A stretch of DNA of 64,000 nt, taken from NCBI GenBank assembly GCA_005879585.1, contig VBKG01000326.1, positions 1,205-65,204 on the forward strand, given 5' to 3'. Both the position numbers and the translations under genes were made by a program. The notes below the pieces were generated by a model. It was not told the origin of the DNA. It did not search any database and worked only from the letters and a program-made list of their open reading frames with translations. The DNA comes from Deltaproteobacteria bacterium. GTDB lineage: Bacteria; Desulfobacterota; Binatia; DP-6. This document shows positions 57,702 to 64,000 of this stretch, in pieces (position 1 is the stretch's first letter; every line of letters starts with the position of its first letter).

Positions 57702-59542
57702 GCGTCGCTCCAGAGCTGCAGCATCACGAGGGCCCAGAGCTCGCGGCGGTTGTCGCGCCGCCCGGCGACGTGCGCGGCGAGGAGGCTCGCCACGGCATCG
57801 GGACGGATGACGCGCGGGTCGAGCCGCGCGAGCGTCTCCCGGGCAAACGGCAGGAGCGGACCGGCCAGCCAGGCGGCGAGCGGCACGGTGAGCCCCCGCT
57901 TCACTCGACGCCGGATCGCACCCGGGACGAGATCGGCGACCGCCCGTCGGAGCACACGCTTGCTCGCGAGCCCACGCAGCTTCAACGTGACGGGTAGCCG
58001 GCACGCGAAGTCGACCAGGTGATGGTCGAGAAACGGGGCCCGCCCCTCGAGCGAGGCCGCCATCGTGGCGCGGTCGAGCTTCGGCAGCAGGTCGTCGGGC
58101 AGATAGCCCGTGAGGTCGAGCGCGAGCAGCGCGTCGACCTCCGTGCGCGCCGCCGGCGCCTCCGGCTCGGCCGGCGCGACGAGCGGCCCGCCCGGCGTGG
58201 CGAGGGCGGCGAGGACGTCGGCGCTGATGCAGCCCGTCCAGGCCCGATGGCGCGCGGCGGCCGGCACGTCCGCGGCTTCGAGGAAGCGGCGGCAGAGCCA
58301 GCGGAGCGTCGTGTTGCCGCGCGGCGCGCCGAGGAGGGGCGCACCCGCGACCACGGCGCGGCGCAGGGCCGGCGGCAAGCGGCGGAAGGCCGCGGACACG
58401 CTCGACCCGAGATACGTCGGATAGCCCGCGAAGAGCTCGTCGCCCCCCTCGCCCACGAGCACGACCTTCACCTCGCTCCGCGCGAAGCGGGAGAGCAGGA
58501 AGGTCGGCACGAACGCCGGATCGGCGAGCGGCTCGTCGAGGACGGGCAGGAGATCGCGAACGCCCTCGAGGAACAGCTCGGGCGTGATGGTGAGCGTCCG
58601 GTGACGCGTGCCGAGCGCACGCGCCGCGACCGCGGCGTGGCCACGCTCGTCGAACCCCGGAACGTCGAAGCCGAGGGCGAAGGTGGCGAGCTCGCCGTCC
58701 ACCGCGCTCCGGGCGACCGACGCGATGGCCGTCGAGTCGAGGCCGCCGGAGAGGAAGACGCCGAGCGGCACGTCGCTCACGAGCGCCGCCCGGACCGCCC
58801 GCTCCAGATGCACGCGGAGCGCGGCCGCGGCGGCGTCGAGGTCGAGCGCCAGCGGCGGCTCGGCGAGCAGCGGCGCCACCTGCCAGTAGCGGTCGACCGC
58901 GAGCCCTTCGCCCTCGAGGACGAGCCGCCCCCCGGGCGGCAGCTTGGCGACGTCGCGGAACGCGCTCGCCGGGGCGGGCACGTACCCCGTGCGGAGATAG
59001 ACGCCGAGCGCCGTCCAGTCGGGCGTGCGGGAGACGGCGCCGGTGGCAAGGAGCGCCTTCGGCTCGGAGGCGAAGAAGAAGCCGTCGGCGGTCGCGGCGT
59101 AGTACAGCGGCTTCTCGCCGAGGCGATCGCGCGCGAGGATCAGGCGCCCGCGCCGCGCGTCCCAGAGCGCGAGGCCAAACATCCCGTCGAGGGCGTTCAC
59201 GAAGTCGACCCCGTGCTCCTCGTAGAGGTGGGGCAGGACCTCCGCGTCGCTCCGCGTCCGGAAGCGGTGTCCGCGCGCCTCGAGCGCGGCGCGGAGCTTC
59301 GCGCTGTTGTAAATCTCGCCGTTGCACACGGCGATGACGTCGCCCGTCTCGTTGCGAAGCGGCTGGGCGCCGCCGGCGACGTCGATGATGGCGAGCCGCC
59401 GGCAGCCGAGGGCTGCGTGGCCGGCGATCGCGGCCCCGTCGCCGTCCGGCCCGCGGTGGGCCAGCGTCGTCGCCATGCGGGGCAGTATCTCCTCGGCGCG
59501 CCCGGCGCCGTCCCGCGCGACGAGTCCGTAGATCCCGCACAC
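57686..59542 (-). CDS. asnB: Asparagine synthase (glutamine-hydrolysing) family amidotransferase
   Basis: N-terminal Ntn MCGIYG glutaminase domain and synthetase domain SGGLDS. 618 aa. Confidence 0.88.
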   Translation of the reverse strand: MCGIYGLVARDGAGRAEEILPRMATTLAHRGPDGDGAAIAGHAALGCRRLAIIDVAGGAQPLRNETGDVIAVCNGEIYNSAKLRAALEARGHRFRTRSDAEVLPHLYEEHGVDFVNALDGMFGLALWDARRGRLILARDRLGEKPLYYAATADGFFFASEPKALLATGAVSRTPDWTALGVYLRTGYVPAPASAFRDVAKLPPGGRLVLEGEGLAVDRYWQVAPLLAEPPLALDLDAAAAALRVHLERAVRAALVSDVPLGVFLSGGLDSTAIASVARSAVDGELATFALGFDVPGFDERGHAAVAARALGTRHRTLTITPELFLEGVRDLLPVLDEPLADPAFVPTFLLSRFARSEVKVVLVGEGGDELFAGYPTYLGSSVSAAFRRLPPALRRAVVAGAPLLGAPRGNTTLRWLCRRFLEAADVPAAARHRAWTGCISADVLAALATPGGPLVAPAEPEAPAARTEVDALLALDLTGYLPDDLLPKLDRATMAASLEGRAPFLDHHLVDFACRLPVTLKLRGLASKRVLRRAVADLVPGAIRRRVKRGLTVPLAAWLAGPLLPFARETLARLDPRVIRPDAVASLLAAHVAGRRDNRRELWALVMLQLWSDACASS

Positions 59543-59548
59543 GGCGGA

Positions 59549-61885
59549 TCAGCCCTCGGCGCGGAGCAGGATGCTTCGCCGGTCCGCATAGACCGGCACG
59601 AGACGGCGCCAGGTGAGCGTGGCGAGGCGGCGAAGGCTCCAGGCCGACGCGACGGTATACAGCGGGCCGCCGCGGTCGAGCGCCGCGACCGCCGTCCGTT
59701 CCGACACGATCACGCGCCCATGCCGGTCGCTTCGCGCGACGACGTAGTTGCTCGTCATCTCGCTGCCGCGCTCGCTCGCCAGCACGACCGGCCGGCCGAG
59801 ATAGAACGGCAGGCCCGTCCGGAACGTCTGGAAGCACATGACGGGTGCGCCGGGCTCGATGCGCGCCGCGAGCGCGCGCGACGAACGGCCCTCGGCATAC
59901 GTGCCGAGCGGACCGAGGAGCACGAGGCCCATCGCCGGCGCCAGAAGGGCGCAGGTCGCCGCCGCCAATGCAGGCCGGACAGCGGCGGCGACGAGCGCCA
60001 CGCCGCCCCACGCGAGCAGCACGATTCCCGCGCGCCCGAGCACTACAGGGGTGAGCGCGACGAGCACCCGGCTCTCGGGCAGCAACCGCATGAGGCCGAC
60101 GCCGACCGCCGCCAGGCCCGCGAGCGCGGCGAGCGCTCCGAGCGCGCGGACGGCCGCCGCGATGCGCGCCTCCTCCGCGACGATGCCGGCGGCAGCCAGA
60201 AGACCGAGCGGGACGACCGCGGGCAGGATGTACGCCGGGCGCTTCGAGGCGCAGATCGTGAAGAAGAGCAGTATCCCGGCGCTGGCGCGCGCGAGAAACG
60301 CGATCGCCGCCCGCTCGGGACCACCTTGCCGTAATCGGCGGGCGAGCCCGGGCAACGCGACCGTCAGCACTACCGCCCAGGCCCCGAGGCCCCAGCCGAG
60401 CACGCCGGCGTAGTAGTAGACCGGGGCGCCGCGATGGAAGCGCGCCACGGACGCGAATCGAAGGAGCGTCTCGTCGAGCAGCGCGTAACGGAGGAAACCC
60501 GGCTCCTCGCGCACGATGGTGACGAGCCACGGGGCGATGACCAGCACGGCGGCCGCCACCGTGGCGGCGACGGTTCCGGGGGAAGTCCGCCGTGCGGCGG
60601 CCGGCAAGGCGCCCCGCCCCGCCACCCAAGCGAGCAGCGGCACCGCCACGCCGACCGGGCCCTTGGTGAGCGCCGCGAGGCCGATCAGCAGACCGGCGAC
60701 GGGCGTCCACAGCCGCTCGGCGCCGCGCAGCCGCGCGCGCAGGAGGCAGTAGAGCGCCCCGGTCACCAGCGCCGTGAACGGCATGTCGAAGATCGCAAGC
60801 CGCCCGAACGCGAGCACGAGCGGCGTCGACGCCACCACGAGCGCGCCGAGCAGCGCCTGGCGTGACCGTCCGAAGAGGAGCCGGCCGATGGCCAAGGTCA
60901 GCCCCACGGTGGCGAACGCGGCGAGCGCGGCCGGCAGCCGCGCCGCGAGCTCGTCGGTCCCAAGGGCGCGGAAGCCCACTGCCATCATCCAGAAGAAGAG
61001 CACCGGCTTGTCGAGGTACGGGAGCCCGTTGAAGTGCGGTACGCTCCAGCGCCCGAGCGTCACCATCTCGCGCGCGACCTCGGCGTTCCGCGCCTCGTCC
61101 GGTTCGAGGAGCGGCCAGCGGCCGAGGCCCCAGAAGAACGGCAGCGCCACGGCGACGGCCAGCCCCGCGGCGGCGAGGAGTCGTCCGCGCCGGCTGCGGC
61201 CGACGACCTGCACGAGCTCGGTGGCGATCGGCACGATGCGCCCGCGCGTCGTGTACTTCGAGGCCCCGGCGGTCCGCGCATGGTGGCCGACGGGCCGCTG
61301 CACGACCCGTTCGCCCGCCAGGTGAAACAGCGCGGGGAGCCAGCGGTGCGCGCCGTCGAAGAGCAGCTGCCGTGCGGCCACCCGGTGAAGCGCCTCGGCG
61401 CGAAAGACGCGCAGCGGGCACGCGAGGTCACGCAGCCGCGGCGCCAGGAAGAGCCGCCGTACCGCGTTGGCGAGCGCCGACGCCAGCCGGCGCGCGGGGG
61501 GATCGCGACGCGTGGCTCGCACCCCGCACGCCAGCGCGGCTCCATCGAGCGACGCGATGAGCGTCGGCAGGTCCGCGGGGGCGCACTGGAGGTCGGCGTC
61601 GAGCGTGGCGATGAGCGCCCCGCGCGCGGCGTCGAACCCGGCGCGCAGCGCCGCCGTCTGTCCGCTCCGGCGCGTGAGCCGGATTGGCCGAAGCCGCGGC
61701 TCGCCGGCGGCGAGTCGCGTCAGCACGGCCGGGCTCTCGTCCGTGGAGCAGTCGTCGACGACGATCAGCTCCCAGACGAGGCCGCTCGGCTCGAGCGCGG
61801 CGCGCACCTCCTCCAGCAAGCGCGCGAGGTTCGCCGCCTCGTCGTGCGCGGGCACGACGACGCTGAGCGCAACGCCCGGCGTCAT
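59549..61885 (-). CDS. Fusion protein: GT2 polyprenol-phosphate glycosyltransferase (ArnC/DPM1-like) N-domain plus GT-C ArnT/PMT-family membrane glycosyltransferase C-domain
   Basis: N-terminus VVVPAHDEAANL...VVDDCSTDES...DADLQ is a GT2 DXD-type domain. The middle section EARNAEVAREMVTLGRWSVPHFNGLPYLDKPVLFFWMMAVGF closely matches the ArnT signature DETRYAEISREM..GDW.VP...GLRYFEKP. 778 aa. Confidence 0.8.
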   Translation of the reverse strand: MTPGVALSVVVPAHDEAANLARLLEEVRAALEPSGLVWELIVVDDCSTDESPAVLTRLAAGEPRLRPIRLTRRSGQTAALRAGFDAARGALIATLDADLQCAPADLPTLIASLDGAALACGVRATRRDPPARRLASALANAVRRLFLAPRLRDLACPLRVFRAEALHRVAARQLLFDGAHRWLPALFHLAGERVVQRPVGHHARTAGASKYTTRGRIVPIATELVQVVGRSRRGRLLAAAGLAVAVALPFFWGLGRWPLLEPDEARNAEVAREMVTLGRWSVPHFNGLPYLDKPVLFFWMMAVGFRALGTDELAARLPAALAAFATVGLTLAIGRLLFGRSRQALLGALVVASTPLVLAFGRLAIFDMPFTALVTGALYCLLRARLRGAERLWTPVAGLLIGLAALTKGPVGVAVPLLAWVAGRGALPAAARRTSPGTVAATVAAAVLVIAPWLVTIVREEPGFLRYALLDETLLRFASVARFHRGAPVYYYAGVLGWGLGAWAVVLTVALPGLARRLRQGGPERAAIAFLARASAGILLFFTICASKRPAYILPAVVPLGLLAAAGIVAEEARIAAAVRALGALAALAGLAAVGVGLMRLLPESRVLVALTPVVLGRAGIVLLAWGGVALVAAAVRPALAAATCALLAPAMGLVLLGPLGTYAEGRSSRALAARIEPGAPVMCFQTFRTGLPFYLGRPVVLASERGSEMTSNYVVARSDRHGRVIVSERTAVAALDRGGPLYTVASAWSLRRLATLTWRRLVPVYADRRSILLRAEG

Positions 61886-62087
61886 CCCGGCTTTCTTGCC
61901 GATCGGCGGGGGCAGGTCAAGCGAAGGAGGCCCGGGACCCGCGTTCAGCGTGCGAGGCCGAGACCGCGCAGGAACCCGCGCACCTCGCGGAGCGCCCTGC
62001 CCCGGCGGAACTGCGCGAGATGGCCGCCGGGGTACCAGTGGATCTTCGGCCGGCCCCAGTGGTGCCAGAGTGCGTGGAAAAGGGATC

Positions 62088-63515
62088 TCAGAGCGTATGG
62101 GTCGAGTGGAACATCCGGTTACGCGCTGCGCTGAAGAGGGCCAGGTTGTTGCGCAGCATGGCGCCCCGGAAGCCGGGAAAGTCGTGGAAGAAGCGGCTCC
62201 GGCGCGCGGCCCGCGGATCGAAGTAGAGCTTGAGGCTCTCCCACAGCATCGTGCGGGCGATCGTCGAGCTCGAGAGATGACGCGTCCGGACGTTCGCCAT
62301 GTAGCCGTTGTACCGGGAGAGGTCGTCCGGGTTCGTCACCAGCCCCTCGGCCAGCAGGTCCGCCCGCATCTCGGTCCGCGGATACGGCGTCAGGCACTGC
62401 ACGATCGGGAAGTCGAGTCCGAGCCGGCGGGCGTAGCGGAACGTCCGCGCGATCGCCCCGCGGTCGTCGTCCGGATTGCCGACGATGAAGCCGCCGACGG
62501 CCTTGATCCCGTTCTCCTGGAGAAGCCGGACGGCACGCGGCGTCTCGTCCTCGCTCTTTCCGCGCTTGGCCGCGATGTCGAGCGTCGCGACGTTCACCGC
62601 CTCGGCGTTCTCGATGCCCATGAAAACGGTGTCGAAGCCGGCGCGCGCCATCGCCGGCGCGAGCGTCGGGTCCTTGGCGATGCCGTGGACGGAGGCCTGC
62701 ACGATGTACCGCAGGTGGCCGAGGCCCGCGCTCTGGATCTCCTCGCACAGCTCCTTGAACCGCGGCACGTCGATCGTGATGTTGTCGTCGACGAAGAACA
62801 CGCCGCGGACGCCGCGCCGGTCGAGGGTGCGCAGGTCCGCGATCACGCGCCCGATCGGGAAGCGGCGGAACGTCCGCCCGTACATCCGCCGGATCGAGCA
62901 GAACGTGCAGGGCAACGGGCAGCCGCGGCTCGTCTCGGCGACGTCGAAGGTGCGGTCGAAGTAGAACGCCCCGTCCCATGCGCGCGCCTCCCGGCGCGGG
63001 AGCGGCACGGAGTCGAGCTCGAGAAGCGGCCCGTCCGGGTTGTGCCGGTAGCCCGACCGGCTCCGCCACGAGAGGCTCGGGATCGCCCCGAGGTCGAGCG
63101 TCGAGCCCGCGAGCCCGTCGACGAGCTGGCGAAACGCGACCTCGCCCTCGCCCCGCACGACGAAGTCGAAGAGCTCGGCGTCACGCGCGCCCACCTCGTC
63201 GGCGACGACGGTTGCATGGTAGCCGCCGAGGACGTGCAGCGTTCCCGGTGCGACCTGGCGCACCGCCGCCGCCAGCGCCCGCGCCGTCGCGTACTGGAAC
63301 GACATGGCGGAGTAGCCGACGAGGTCGGGGGCGAAGGCGGCGACCTCCTCGAGCACGCGGTGGCGCACGCCTCTCGGCTGCATGACGAGATCGAGGATGC
63401 GGACGTCGTGGCCGGGTACCTGCGCCGCGATCGAGCAGAGGCCGAGGTTCGGGAACTTCATCACCCGGTCGAGCGACGAGGCCGTGTCGGGCATCGCCAC
63501 CAGCAGGATCCGCAT
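62088..63515 (-). CDS. B12-binding-domain radical SAM protein (class B radical SAM)
   Basis: N-terminal cobalamin-binding domain (MRILLVAMPD...LGLCSIAA) and radical SAM cluster motif CPLPCTFCS. 475 aa. Confidence 0.85.
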   Translation of the reverse strand: MRILLVAMPDTASSLDRVMKFPNLGLCSIAAQVPGHDVRILDLVMQPRGVRHRVLEEVAAFAPDLVGYSAMSFQYATARALAAAVRQVAPGTLHVLGGYHATVVADEVGARDAELFDFVVRGEGEVAFRQLVDGLAGSTLDLGAIPSLSWRSRSGYRHNPDGPLLELDSVPLPRREARAWDGAFYFDRTFDVAETSRGCPLPCTFCSIRRMYGRTFRRFPIGRVIADLRTLDRRGVRGVFFVDDNITIDVPRFKELCEEIQSAGLGHLRYIVQASVHGIAKDPTLAPAMARAGFDTVFMGIENAEAVNVATLDIAAKRGKSEDETPRAVRLLQENGIKAVGGFIVGNPDDDRGAIARTFRYARRLGLDFPIVQCLTPYPRTEMRADLLAEGLVTNPDDLSRYNGYMANVRTRHLSSSTIARTMLWESLKLYFDPRAARRSRFFHDFPGFRGAMLRNNLALFSAARNRMFHSTHTL

Positions 63516-63552
63516 GCGCCGTCCTATGGACGCGCCGTCCGCTCGGCGTCAA

Positions 63553-64000
63553 TACTGTCGCCGTGCACGCTGCCATCGCGGTCGACAGCATCGTCAAGCG
63601 CTACGGCCGCCGGGTGGCGCTCGCGGGCGTCACGTTCGCGGTCCGCGCGGGCGAGATCGTCGGGCTCCTCGGTCCGAACGGCGCCGGCAAGTCGACGATG
63701 CTGTCGATCCTCGCGACCGTGCTCACGGCCGACGCCGGGACGGCCACGATCGGCGGCCATGCGCTGCCGGTCGAGGCCCGCGCCGCGCGCCGTGTGCTCG
63801 GCCTCGTCCCGCAGCAGACCGCGGTATATCCGACTCTGACCGCCACGGAGAACCTGCGGTTCTTCGCGCGCATGCACGGCCTCGCCGGCGGCGCCGCCGC
63901 AGCGGCGGTCGGTCGTGCGCTCGAGGTCATCGGCCTCGAGGGGCGCGCCGGGGAGCCCGTCTCGACGTTCTCCAGCGGCATGCGCCGGCGGCTCAACCTC
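63553..64000 (+). CDS. ABC transporter ATP-binding protein (5' part; continues beyond window end)
   Basis: GTG 63553; Walker A GPNGAGKST, Q-loop and the start of the signature SSGMRRRL. Not in the ORF track because it has no stop within the window. Confidence 0.8.

Noticed and set aside
56823-61421. 1532-aa minus-strand ORF in the track
   Set aside because: It is Arg/Ala/Gly-rich low-complexity translation over most of its length. Only its C-terminal 292 aa form a recognisable protein (the TIGR01777 epimerase). The same DNA encodes AsnB and the GT2/GT-C fusion in another frame, so it is a GC-rich wrong-frame read-through, not a giant gene.

Overview
This is a roughly 70% GC bacterial chromosomal segment, gene-dense on both strands, with a 16S rRNA 5' end that looks Deltaproteobacteria- or Myxococcota-like. 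In GC-rich DNA like this, many of the long Arg/Gly-rich ORFs in the six-frame track are wrong-frame artefacts, so genes were called by recognising protein families and re-deriving starts.

Order along the window:
- **rRNA end and tyrS (1..1678):** the 5' end of a 16S rRNA (minus) with its leader, a boxA-like element and a sigma70-like promoter, preceded by tyrS.
- **Housekeeping block (1675..6035):** a ymdB-like phosphoesterase, rny, 5-formyl-THF cyclo-ligase, a ~390 nt non-coding gap that is a candidate 6S RNA locus, a ZapB-like coiled-coil ORF, and ftsY.
- **smc and one-carbon operon (6315..18732 region):** smc with ftsY immediately downstream in the same frame, a stand-alone HNH endonuclease, and a one-carbon operon folD-gcvT-gcvH-gcvPA-gcvPB. 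Divergent ald follows, then aspS and hisS.
- **Sec/queuosine operon (20156..27026):** a hypothetical protein, then queA-tgt-yajC-secD-secF extended by an excisionase-type HTH and a PmtA-like methyltransferase.
- **Tad pilus island (27136..40902):** a GST-like gene, then a complete Tad/Flp locus (flp, cpaA, tadE, cpaB, cpaC, cpaE, cpaF, tadB, tadC). Its 3' end continues without gaps into a DUF192-ICMT fusion and two large polytopic membrane proteins. This is the most likely undescribed module.
- **Decayed segment and tRNAs (41083..42845):** about 1.3 kb of degraded sequence containing a histidine-kinase/receiver remnant, then a tRNA cluster (Pro-Arg-His-Lys).
- **Regulators and metabolism (42858..54846):** rdgB, rph, a receiver-less sigma54 activator followed by a stand-alone receiver protein, an AT-rich islet with an orphan RHH gene, an acyl-CoA dehydrogenase, fadD-like ligase, APC permease, a PP2C/Hanks kinase pair and an alpha/beta hydrolase.
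- **Envelope-glycan cluster (54932..64000):** O-methyltransferase, secreted beta-helix protein, TIGR01777 epimerase, AsnB-like amidotransferase, an ArnC-ArnT-like GT2/GT-C fusion, a B12-radical-SAM enzyme and an ABC ATPase that runs off the window.

No CRISPR array, integrase or transposase was seen.
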